DNA of 63,983 nucleotides, the filler included, from Vannella sp. (lineage: Eukaryota): the NCBI GenBank assembly GCA_023345925.1. It is 7 parts of 7 records of this genome, joined end to end, with 100 filler letters (N's around TTAATTAATTAA, not from the genome) between each part and the next. Parts side by side here need not be neighbours in the genome. Positions count along the whole stretch, not along the records: positions 45,143 to 53,538 come from JAJQQN010001092.1; positions 53,639 to 60,505 come from JAJQQN010000786.1; 5 more parts are not named here. The stretch is one strand, 5' to 3'. Position numbers and translations under genes: made by a program. Positions 45,272-56,890 of the stretch are shown here, piece by piece (the first letter of the stretch is position 1; each line of letters starts with the position of its first letter). Under the pieces are notes generated by a model that ran no database searches, was not told where the DNA came from, and was given only the letters and a program-made list of their open reading frames with translations.

Positions 45272-46293
45272 ATGAAAGGGGCACTTCTACTGCTGGTTGT
45301 CGTGATTGCAGTGGTTTGGGGGCAGAAGGACTGCAAGTTAAAGGGTCCTTTCGAGTGCAAAGGTGGACTCATTGATGGCCTGGACTTTGGGAAGGACGAG
45401 GGAGACAGTGATTTTGAGTACTACCAGAGTATCCGCAATATCCCCCGAGGAAACGAGACAGTAGAGTGCCAGACGCTACAAAGGGGCAAGTACGAAATCA
45501 AGAAGGACAAGATCAAGGCGACCTTTAAGCTATCCAACAAGGACGACTGTGAAATAGGCGGGAACGCTCCTGACGTGTGTTCTTGCGTCTCAGACCTTCA
45601 ATTCACTGTAAGAGAGAACTGTGCAGAGATTGTTGGGCCCAACGGAGAGGTCTGCCAAACGGTAACAGGTAAACAAGCTTCATAGCGTCTTCAATCCCTT
45701 CTTAACTGGCGGGGCTAGACTGCACTGATCAGTACGAGTGCGAAAATGGAGAAGTACCGATCCCTGATCCTGATTATGAACGAAACACAAACGGCTGTGG
45801 CCCCTCTTCCATTCCTATCACGGGACCGAGCTTCTCCTTCGGCGTGTGCTGCGAATACCACGATTACTGCTACGGCACTTGCGGAGGTTCAAAAACAGAG
45901 TGCGATAACGACTTCTACCAGTGCATGGCGTGCAGCTGTGACGACACGTACACGGTCACTCTCTTCGACTTGACTTGCAACGAGATCGCTTGCGCTTACT
46001 TCCAGGCTGTCGACGAGTTTGGGTGCAGCGCATACAAGAACGGACAGAAGAACTCGTGTCTGTGTCCTGAGGACGAGGACAAAGGCAAGAAGCAGAAGAA
46101 GGACTTGGAGGAAGTCCCCTCCAAGTTCGGGCCCGTGAATCCAGTCATGCGGGGCTCCACGATCGTCTGTAACACTCCCTTCCAGGCATCGTGTGAGAAC
46201 TACTCCAGATCTCTGTTTAGAAGCAAGCCCAACGTCTCCAGCGGCTCAGGACTGTGCGCGATGGGTATGTCCCTGGCTGCTCTCGCTCTGTAA
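45272..46293 (+). CDS. Secreted protein with group XII secretory phospholipase A2-like domain
   Basis: Signal peptide. After one intron (about 45669-45718) the sequence reads NGCGP...CCEYHDYCYGTCGGSKTECDNDFYQCM, the PLA2G12 His-Asp motif. Short hydrophobic C-terminus. Confidence 0.75.
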
Positions 46294-46396
46294 GCTATTT
46301 AGAGCTTCCTTGGTGTTCCATTGTAGATACACGAGACTGTTTGACTTGCTACGGCACTCTCTCCTCATTTTTTGTCGGTCGGGGCGGGGACGGGCC

Positions 46397-49300
46397 ATGG
46401 CAGAGGCCTCCAGCTCGTTGTACAGGCATCTGCAAGACGAGGAGGATGCTCAAACACTTGACCGTGTATCAGCTACACCTCGTAGACTACGAAAAACGAC
46501 GATGCCGACTACCGTAGAGAAGTTACAGGAAGAACTTCGCCTGACCCTTTCCGATCTCGAGGAGAAGCAGCGTGATGCGATGATGGCAGCTGAATATGGG
46601 TCCGTCCTCTTACAGGCTAACGACAAGCTTCGTTCTGAGGTGGAGGAGATCACCATGAAGCTAGAAAGCGCTTACGAAAGCACGAGCGCCCTTCACTCTA
46701 GCCTCGCAGAACAGAGCACAGAGAACGCCCACCTGCGTACTACCAACACTGTACTCACAGGACAAGTACGAGACGCTCAAAAAGAGAACCAGATCATCCT
46801 TCAGGAGTTCTACGAACTCAGGGAACAGCTTGAAGAGGCTACCAAGAAGAATAAGACCATTCATGCGCTTCAGGAGCGCAAGAGGGAGCTAGAAGAAGGT
46901 CTAGAAAAGTTCTATGCACTCCATGAGGCCCATGAGGAGGTCCTGGACCGTGAGAACGCGCTACAAGCGAAGCATCGGCAACTCCAAGTGCTCGTAAGTG
47001 AGCAGGAGCGAGAGATGGGTGTCCAACGGGACCATCTCCACGAGCTACAAGCACAGATATCTTCGCATCATATCGACCAGCAGCACATCTCAACGCTGCG
47101 ACATCAGTTGGAGCAAAATGAGCGCGTTTGTGTCGAACTTCGCGAAGAGAAGCGCATTCTGCAGGAGATGCCGCTCCTCAGTCAGTTTGGGGAGAGTAGA
47201 ACACTGAAGGCACTGCTTCTTCATAACCGTGCCCTCATGGAGGGAATGTCCTTCGATGCAATCGAGTCTGAGAGCAAAGCGATTGTCGACTCTCTTATTG
47301 CTGCAATGGATGGTCCAGTAGACCCAGACATTGGAACACACAGTGATGGAACACCCACAAATGCATTCTTCATGTTAACAGCGATCTTAACCCACCGCAG
47401 ATACGAGGAAATAGAGCGGAAGTGGAGAACCGACTCCGCTGCCTTACAGGAGACTACAGATGAGCTCTCTGAGCTCCGTTCACAGAAGCAGATACTCATA
47501 CAGAACCTAGAACGTTCTGAGAGGCTTCAAAACAAGGCAGAGAAGGCCCTACACGGAGTTCAGTTACAAGAGGAGGAGAAGCGCCGGGCAGTAGAAGAGG
47601 AGTGCTCTCGCCAAGCTGCTGAGCTCAACAGGGTTCAGGAGCAAGTGCGTTCCCAATCGCACCATTTAAGCGCTTCCCAGGCGGACAACGAAGAGCGCCT
47701 TAAACGCCGAATTGAAGAACTGGCCCAACTTGAGGTCGAAGTGAATACACTTCGTGGCGAGAAGCAGGAGGCCTTGGACCAGCTTAGAACGTCTAAGGCT
47801 AAGTTGGCAGAGGCAGGGAACCGCAATTCAGAGTTCCAGGACATTGTCAGACGCATTAACTTGGAGAAAAGTGAGTTGCAGCAACAAGTGGCAGCAGCAC
47901 AGACCGAAGCTAGCGCCCTTCAGAAGACCAAAGAGTCTCTTCAAGAGAAACTTGGAGCGGTTCGAGAACAGTACTCTCGCAAGCAGAGAGAAGCGGATGC
48001 CCTTCAAGGCGATCTTTTGAATTTACAGGAACTTTGTGCAGTCGCTGAGGAGCAGATGGCTCTTGGAAAGGAGGAGATTGACCTGCTCCAGAAGCATAAT
48101 GACTTGTTGCACACCCAGATGCTTAAGGAACGGGAGAAGAACACTGCTCAAACAGAAGCCTATCGCAAGGAGATTCAAGAGCTGAATCAACTTATTCAGA
48201 TGATGCAAGCCTTGGAGGAAGAGCAACTAGAACTGGATGCCCAAGTTCGCCTTCAGGGAGAGGGTAAAGAGGAGGCCAGTAGTGCTGCCTTACGAAAAGA
48301 GAATGCAGACCTCAAGAAGAAGGTCCACGATGCCCACAGAGAAGCTTCTCTACAAGCAGAACAACGTCTGCTTGAGGCTGAACAGCTGGCCCTTCTCGAA
48401 GATGAAATTCAATTCCTCAAAGACGAACGAGAACAAGAGAAAGCGGCCGAAGAGCAACACAGAAAGCTCTTCAGAGACCAAATTCGTCAGTTAGAAGAGC
48501 GACTCATCAACAACGAAAGCTCTCGGGTGAAGGACATCGCAAACTTAGAAGCTTTGAAGTTGCGAACCTTCTCTGATTTACAGCAGCAACTATCCAAAGA
48601 AAGATCCATCAATCAGGCCAATGCAGCCAAGATAACGCGCTTACAGCAACAGAATAGAGAGCAAGAGGTAGCAAACCAAGACCTTGTGTCCTCCATGTCT
48701 CGAATGATGAAAGACTCAGGTTTGGAGTGCAAGCGGATGGATGAATTGGAAGATTTGCTGCGCCAAAGCCTTGAGCAGCATCAGCAAGACGACGCCAAAA
48801 TCTTTGAGTTAGAAGAGGAAATTAGAGCTTTGAAGGGTCGCTTAGCTATGAAGCGCCCCTATCTTGCCACATTACCTCCTCCTGTACCCTTGGTTATTGA
48901 TTTCGAGTTTCCTCCTTCTTACGAAGAGAAGCAGGCTCGGGCTCTACCTATCACAACCAATCCTGAACCTGTAGTAGAAGTAGTGGCAGAGTCTTCTTCA
49001 ACAGAGGTTCCTTTGGTGAATGTGGACGAAGACAAAACGGACCAAAGGCTTCTAGAAGACGTTTTCACTCATATCAGAGAGTTACTGCCTTCCAGTGGTG
49101 ATTCTCCTGCCAACTCGACGCTTGGAGAGAGCATTCTCCTCTGCAACTTAATTAATCAGGCCCAGTCTGACACTGTGGACATAAGAGCCATCAATCTGGA
49201 TCCTCAAGATGAGTCAGAGCGTCGAGAGAACTTTAATCTCTGCCTGAATAGTGCCAAGGCCATTGGATGTGATTTACCAGATCTTCAAGCAGAAGATTTG

Positions 49301-50616
49301 CTGAATGACCCACAAAAGCTCGAAAAGTTCACTTGGGAAGTGGTGCGCACGGAGCTTCTTTCCCATGTTTCCCTTCGGCAGCATCCAGAGCTTATTGCCC
49401 TCCAACAGGACATGCAATTGCAAGCGCAGATGGTTGATATTCAATCGTTGACTCCACAGGAGCTCCTTCTACAGTGGGTCAATTATCATCTGGCGCAGAG
49501 TGCAGATGAAAAGCACCCTCCGAGAGTCATACAAAACTTCCACTCTGACTTGGAGTCGTTGGAAGTTCAATTTGCTCTTCTTAAGCAGTTATGCTCGGTA
49601 ACAGGAACCTCCGTTGGATCCGATTGTCTTGAACCCACCACTTCCCAAGAACGTTTGGTGTCTGTTACAAAAATGGCGGCAGCACTGGATTGCCAAAAGT
49701 TCTTGTATCCGAACGAAGCAGGAAATGAGGAGCTCAATGTTGCTTTCTTATCAAATCTCCTTCATCACCACAGCGGTCTCCGTCTACCCATTGTGGTAGA
49801 TTCCTCTCCTATTGCCGATGAGAATGACACAGGGACTCGTGAAGAAAGGGGTTCGTATTTCCTTCTCTCGTCGCTTCTCTACTCACAGCCTTTTCAGCGT
49901 TCCGCCTCTGGATTAACAGTATGGGAGTCGGCGCTTTTGTTCACAATCTCCAAACAGATGTGAGGGATGGCCTGATCCTACTAAGGCTCTTTGAGAAGAT
50001 TTCACCGGGCTTGGTCCAATGGCACCAAGTCAATCAGGACCCGAAGAGGCTGGGAATGTACAGGAAAGTAGAAAACTGCTCTCTTTGCATCAAGTATGGA
50101 AGAGACTTGGGCTTCTCCCTGGTGGGCATTGGCGGGAAAGACATCTTTGATGGAAACCGCAAGTTTATTTTGGCACTCGTTTGGCAAATGATGCAATTCC
50201 ACCTTCTTAGCATCCTCCGAAGTGCCTCTCAGTCAGACACAAAAGTGACAGAAAGGGATGTCTTGCAATGGGCCAATGCCAAGATAACAGCTCGTTATGG
50301 CACCGAATCAGTCATTGACAGTCTGAAATCTCCTTCCCTGCAAGAGAGTCTCTTCATCGCCAGACTCATCGAATGCGTTGCCCCAGGTTCGGTTAACTTT
50401 GACTTTATACAGCCTGGTAGGACCTTTCATACCTCCTGGGTCCATACTTACACCCCTTCAGATGCTTCAGCGTGGGAGGGGAACGCAAAATATGTTATCA
50501 GTTTGGCTCGAAAGATTGGTTGTTGCGTGTTCCTTGTGTGGGAAGACATCGTCGAGTTACATTCCAAAATGATCTTTTCACTGCTGGCCACGTTAATGCT
50601 TCGAGACTCGCAGTAG
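46397..50616 (+). CDS. Long coiled-coil protein fused to a fimbrin/plastin four-CH actin-bundling core
   Basis: About 810 aa of heptad-rich sequence, then CH1 (LLCNLIN...ENFNLCLNSAKAIGC), CH2 (ELLLQWVNYHL), CH3 (TREER/AFRLWINS...DGLILLRL) and CH4 (NAKYVISLARKIGC). Introns near 49851 and 50417. Confidence 0.85.
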
Positions 50617-50684
50617 GAGGCTCTTGCTACTCAATACACGTTAGCGGAGTGCTTTATTGTGGTTGTTGTGATGGTGAGAGCAAC

Positions 50685-52961
50685 TTATTGCTTAGAATAG
50701 ATATCAAACCACTTGTTCTCAACGTTCTGCATGCGTGCGTGTGACCCTTTTAACACCTGGATTTCGGCAGCCGTTACGGGGACGTTGAGTGACTTGGGGG
50801 GCCTGTCAAAGGTCAGTACACTATACTTGTCCTTGAAAAAGAAACGTACGAGTCAGTGGAGATGCCACAAAGGCGCTGGAGCAACTCGTAAGAGACGAGG
50901 GTGACTCCAAACTGGGGAGAGGAGCGGCAAACACGTGCAATGGCACCCTTCCAGAATGCGGTGAACCCTTCTGTGCGCATGATATTGGCAGCACAATCCA
51001 TGATACCCCGATATTGGATGTCTCCTGCCTTGTACTTGACTTGCAAGCGAGTTTTGATGACATCTGCGGGCGTCACTAAACCAGCAGCGGGAACTCCAGC
51101 GATGGCACCAGCCAACAAGAGGTGCCCTGCGCTGCTTGGAGTGCCATCCTCATTGGAGAAGTGACGCTTCATCTTGGCGTAAGTGGGGAAGTAAATGGCC
51201 GAGAATGGAATGTCACGAAGAAGGCACGCGGAAGAGCCTTTGTAAAGACCAGATAAACCAAGTTCCCGGACAATGGACATTGCGGATTGTTTCTCAGCCG
51301 CTGTCATCAAACCCCGCTTGATTGCTTCTCCCTGCACTTGCAGACGGATCTTGACAATCTCAAGGGGATTGGTAAAGATCACTTGGGAAGCTCCCGCTCC
51401 ACCACCAGCGACCATCTCCAAGGAGAACGGAATCTTTCCATCGTCCTTGCTGGAGAAAGTGCTGCGAAGGAGGTCGTTCATGGTCAGTTTGATGGCCTTC
51501 TCGGGGGCTACACCAACCAACTGAGGTCCAATACCGCGGTAGAGGCCGATAGCCCCCTCGTTCTTCACTGTCTTGGAGAAGCAATCGAATGAGTTCTTGT
51601 AGAGGCGCTCTGTGCTTCCCTTCAGTGTACGCTGATTCTGCATTCGAGTCTTGACCAAGTCAATGGGGTACACAGCAGTGGCACCGATGCCACCAGCGAT
51701 AGCACCGAGCCCAAAGTGGAATACTCCATCCACTACATGCTGGTACACGCTCATAGGAGGCTTGGCGGTATACTCCTGGATGGGAGAAGGCGCCCTGAAG
51801 GTCTGGGCCTCCGCCTCCGCCAACAGAACCGCTGTTTTGAGCTCTTCCATGTCCAAAGAGTCGTCTTTGTTGTTGTCAAAGAAGAAGAACGCTAACTGAA
51901 CCTCCATAGGCGAGATGTTGAGAGCCTGGGACTTGGCTTCGCGCAAGAACTCCTGTCGGTTGACATGCTGCTTGCCAGTGCTCTTAATGGCCCCAGAGAT
52001 GACATGAGCATACGAGGGCAGGTGGTTCAGCATGTTCGAGAGTGCGTCAAACTGAGCATAGCTGATTCCCTCTCCTCGCTGGTCCCGAGGGTCACTCACA
52101 AGAGCCAAGTCGCGCACGCGTTCGGGGCTTACTCCCAATGGGAGGGTGATGCGCGCTTCCGCAAGGATGTCCAAGAAGCGGTCAGCAGAGACCAAGCCTG
52201 TCTTAGGATCATAGGACTTGAGGAACTCCCGGCGGACGTGCTCGTGTTGGATGCCTTCCAATAACTGGGAGAACTCCAAGAAGGACAGGTGGCCTTCGCA
52301 CTCCTTACCAAAGAACAGGTCAATGATGTCTGAAGTCCAGTTGATGGAGTCTTCTGATCCCACTGGCTGGTTCACCATCACAGCACGCTTGAACTCCTCC
52401 TTTGTGATGAAGCCCGTTCGGTCTTTGTCAGCGACGAGGAAGGCGATGTAGTGCTCGCAATCAGGACGTTGAATGATCTCAAAGAGAGACTCAAACTCAG
52501 CAAAGGTCAGCTCCTCTTGGCCATTGCTAGAGATGAGATGGCAGATGGCTTGGAGCTGTAAAGGTCGCAGAAATGAGGAGAGGAGGCTATCGCATACGGT
52601 GTATAGCTTACCATTGAGATACTCTTTGGGTCCGTACCAATGAGGCGTCGAATATCCTCCAGATTCATCAACTTCTCGCCCTTTGCGGATCCGGTTGCAT
52701 TCTCGTCAAAGAGCTTGCGGAGAGCCGCATTGGAATGAGTGGCAGCAGTGTATGTTCCTGAAGTATAATACGTCACTGCAGCAGCGAGGCCAACACCTGC
52801 CAAGCCCACCCACGGAACAGAAGGGGTAAACACTCTCTGGCCTGCAACACGAGACAAAGCCAAAGCCGATCGTCCCTGAAACCACACCCAAGTCAGGAAC
52901 CACTCCAAACCCTACTCCTTCTCACCTGACGAAGAGCGCCAACCACAGAACGACCAAACAT
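50685..52961 (-). CDS. SLC25A12: Calcium-binding mitochondrial aspartate/glutamate carrier (aralar/citrin)
   Basis: EF-hand N-terminus (DNNKDDSLDMEE). Carrier repeats AVYPIDLVKTRMQNQR, GVAPEKAIKLT, TNPLEIVKIRLQVQGE and RSSPQFGVTL. Multi-exon. Confidence 0.92.
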
Positions 52962-53308
52962 GTCCTCTGGAAGGGGCGGTTGCGGAATACGTCACCAAAC
53001 TTCCGCACAAATGCGCCCTAAAGTACCTCCAAATTTGATCGGGACCTTTACCAATGAACTATAAATATGTTTTGGTTGATTGACTGTTTGGACATCCCAA
53101 ACGATGGAAAAGTAGCCCTCTCAAAAACAAATAAAATCATCATTCGTATCGATGTTAATCGAATGGAAGACTTTTCAAAGGCCACCGTGGACTCTCATGC
53201 CAAACCCTAATCTAGGGTTAGCGTAGCCAATAGAAAACGAGCATGTCAACAAGGATGACTCATCCTCATTTTTTAGTGGAGGACAAGTGCTGACTGTGGG
53301 TTCTCAGG

Positions 53309-53538
53309 ATGGATCTTACGGCTTTCATTGCTGGAGATGTTGGAGTGGGCAAGTCGTCCCTGATTCTCCAGTTTGTGGACAACGCCTTTCAGGAGAGTGC
53401 GTTGCGCGTTCAAGAGTGCAATTACACCAAAAGCCGAGCCATCGAAATGAGCGGAGAGCTGGTCAATGTTCGGCTACGGGACACGCTTGGTATGGAGCGG
53501 TTCAGTCAACGCCTTACGTTCAACATCCGCCGTTGGAC
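53309..53538 (+). CDS. Divergent Ras-superfamily small GTPase, N-terminal fragment
   Basis: P-loop GDVGVGKSSL and G3-like DTLGMERF. Truncated by the contig end. Confidence 0.7.
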
Positions 53539-53638
53539 NNNNNNNNNNNNNNNNNNNNNNNNNNNNNNNNNNNNNNNNNNNNTTAATTAATTAANNNNNN
53601 NNNNNNNNNNNNNNNNNNNNNNNNNNNNNNNNNNNNNN
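53539..53638. other. Artificial contig linker
   Basis: N44-TTAATTAATTAA-N44. Confidence 0.98.
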
Positions 53639-54304
53639 TTCTTGGCAGGGCAATTAGGAGGCTCGAAACCTGATCAGTTGATTGCCAAGCTGAGCCAAGT
53701 CGCTGGCAGTGTGTTGAACAATTCCGATGCTGTCAAGCAGCTTCTCAACCACGCTTCTTCAAGAGCTGTTACAGTGCTTGGTACCAATGATGGATACTTG
53801 AACAACCAAGCAGTGAAGATCCTGATTCCTCCCAAGCTTGCCCCCGTCATGGAAATCGCTCGCAAGTTCGGCCTTGACCCTTACCTCGATAAGTTCGTCG
53901 TGAGCATGAACCGGGCTGCAGAGCACGCCGCAGTGTCTTCCCTTCCTATCTTCCAACGCTTCATCACCACTCTGAGCGCTGAGGACGTCTCTGGAATGAT
54001 TACAGGCCAAGGAGCAGCCGCCACAACCATTTTCAGAGAGAGAACCGAACGAGACCTCCAAGCTGCCTACGCTCCCGTCGTAGCAGAGTCCATGGATCAC
54101 TTTGAAGTGGCTCGCCAGTTCCAAAAGATCCAAAAGAAGACAAAGTTCATCCCTGGCTTGGGCTCCTTCGACCTCGACCTCCACGCATACACCGTTCGCA
54201 AGGCCCTTGCAGGACTCTTCCATGTCTTTGGTGAAGAAGAGACAAAGATTCGAAAGGACCCCGCAGGCGAACTCTCTCATCTCATCAACAAGTTGACCAA
54301 GTAA
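53639..54304 (+). CDS. DUF4197-like protein (5' truncated)
   Basis: LGTNDGYLNNQAVKILIP, SMNRAAEHA, ATTIFRE and YTVRKALAGLFHVFGEEETKIRKDPA follow the DUF4197 pattern known mainly from bacteria. Confidence 0.75.
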   Translation, partial: FLAGQLGGSKPDQLIAKLSQVAGSVLNNSDAVKQLLNHASSRAVTVLGTNDGYLNNQAVKILIPPKLAPVMEIARKFGLDPYLDKFVVSMNRAAEHAAVSSLPIFQRFITTLSAEDVSGMITGQGAAATTIFRERTERDLQAAYAPVVAESMDHFEVARQFQKIQKKTKFIPGLGSFDLDLHAYTVRKALAGLFHVFGEEETKIRKDPAGELSHLINKLTK

Positions 54305-54426
54305 CCCCCTCTAAAGCACGCCTCCTCCCTCTCCTTTACTTCCATCTCCTCAACAAGCTTGTCAAGTCACCTCCAACGCGAGCCTTGTCCTTCTCTAAGC
54401 GTTAATGGAGCCACTTTTTCGCGGCC

Positions 54427-56859
54427 ATGAGGACGAAGATGCGGGGGAGGACGATGCCGGCGGCTGTACCAGAGGTTTATGGGCTACCGTCGCCTCCTTT
54501 CACAGTGGATACACCTGTGACTTCGATCCATCCCGTGGACTTGGCTGGGACGATTGTAATAGACAATGGTAGGGCGGATGGGGCTAGAAGGAGGTCATTT
54601 GGCCTGATGTGGGCGGGATCCAGGCAGTTATGAATGCCGTGTGGGAGGAACTAACCATGAGAAGCCTCCTGGTGAGTTTGAACTCTCTTGGGAGGTCTAC
54701 TGGTGACTAGGGACTGACAGGGGCGCAGTTGTCTTCGTTAACGAATCCAGGCGCCCTCGCAAGAACGAGGAGATCCCCCACGGGTCCAACATTGGTTGGA
54801 ACATCACAGAGGAAGCATGGCGCTTCCCAACACGCAATGCCTTCGACCACGGCATCCTCAGCAACATGGACTGCGAAGAGGACACGCTCGACTTTGTCTT
54901 CTTCTCGCTTGGCCTTACAGGGCAGTCTCGTGTCCCCACTCCCATCGCCTTCTCGGAGTCTTTGTGCAACCCCAACTACTGCCGGAACCGTAAGATCACT
55001 TGAGATACTCTGGTGGAGGGGTCTGACGTGCGTCCAGTGGCCTCTGAGTTGCTCTTTGAGTGCTATGATACGCCAGCTGTTGGCTACTTTGTAGACTCTC
55101 TCGCTAGCTTCTACTACAACACTGCCAACCGCGAGGAGATCTCAGAACGGACAAGCTTGATCATCTCTTCTGGTCATTCCTCCACCACAGTGATCCCAAT
55201 CGTTGATGGAGCAGTCCAGTTTGCCTCTTGCAAGCGTGTGGATGTGGGTGGCATGCACATGGGGAGCTTTACACAGTCACTGTTGAAGCTCAAGTACCCT
55301 GAGCACAGGGGCAGTGTGAACGCTTGGGTTGCCGACTATGTGCAAAGGAAGCACATCTACTATGCTTCTGACTTCCAACAGGAGCTTTGCGGGTTCTATC
55401 CTGACATATACACTTGCTCCAGCCGGGATCTCGTTCGGACTATTCAACTGCCAGTGCCCACAGTGAGTCCGCGCTCCTTGATGGGCTGAGTGCCCCTGTT
55501 AACCAAAGGCTCCGTAGAAGGAGATTCCGAAGCCGGAGATGTCAGAAGAAGACAAAGTCCGGAAGAAGCAGGAAAAGGTTCTCCAAGGGCAGAGATTGAA
55601 GGCCATTGCTGAGCGCCGCCGCCAAGAGAAGGTATTGACCTTACAGGTAGAGGAGAGAGCGCGATAATCTAATTTCCCATTCAGTTGGAGGAGCAAAAAG
55701 AACAGCTGAATAGCATGCAAGAGCTTTTAGACCGCAATTTAGGTGCAGAAGAGTTGGAGTTGGAAGCCAAGGAACTTGGATACGATAACACCAAAGACTT
55801 GCTCAGTGAGCACGATCGAATTGGCAAGATTCTTGACAAAGCATCCCGTCCCAAAGAATCTGCCGTATGTCGATTGAATAGTAGATGTGTGTGTTATCTG
55901 ATGTGAGCTTGCAGGCCGAAAAGGAGGCTCCTCTTACTGAGGATGACATTCGGAGAAGAAACAACTTCGATCAGTGGGTGGAAGACAACAAAACTCGCCA
56001 AGAAGAGCTCAAGCAAGCTATTGAACAGCGGGAACTTGCGCGAACCTCCTGGAGTAGTCGCAGAAGTAGCGAGTCACAGAATCGTCTTCGATTGCTAAAC
56101 GAGGCTGCCGATACTCGCTCAGAGGATGCCCATTTCGACGATTGGGAGGTTTACGTGACCATGGTATGATTCATGTCAGGTTCTCTTATCTCTCTCCTCA
56201 CTTTTTGTAGCAATCAGATAGGATGAAGGACGACGATGAACGGGATAAGAGGGAGTTGCAAGAGCTCATTGAGAAGCTCGAGAAGTATGCTCCCGATCAA
56301 GTCAATCCAGATGTGCCAATTGAAGAGTTTTATCAGCTCAAGTTGGGGTGAGAAAAGAACCCAAGAGTTGGAGCGGTGGGTTCTGACAACCTCTTCTAGA
56401 CAGGAGAGGATCCGAATTCCTGAAGTCCTTTATCAACCCTGCATGGTCGGAGAGGATCAAATGGGTCTGAGCGAATCCATACAACAAGTACTCAGCGCTT
56501 TCTTACCAGAAGTACAAACAGCTCTTGTAAACGTAAGTCTGAATTTCGGGTGTTTAGAGAAGAGAATCTAAGCGAATGGCTAGAATATCTTCGTGACTGG
56601 AGGATGCAGTAGTATTCCTCAGTTTAAGGAGCGAATTCAAGTAGATCTGCAACGCATGAGACCAACTGGCGCCACTTGTGTTGTACGTTCGGCATTGGAT
56701 CCAGTTTTAGACTCTTGGAGAGGTGCCCGCTTATGGTGCAGCGACAAATCAGTCCATTCTCAGTTCATTACGAAGGCTGACTATGAGGAAAATGGAGTTG
56801 GCTATCTCAAGCCTCACAAACTATCCAACTGTTTCTTCCCTTCGCTTCAATCAAGCTAA
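54427..56859 (+). CDS. ARP5: Actin-related protein 5 (INO80 complex)
   Basis: IVIDNG, FSESLCNPNYCR, ELLFECYDTPAVGY, a charged insertion (QGQRLKAIAERRRQEK), ERIRIPEVLYQP, TGGCS and DPVLDSWRGA. Many introns. Confidence 0.85.
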
Positions 56860-56890
56860 TCAAACGCCTTAACTCATATGGAGCACGCTG

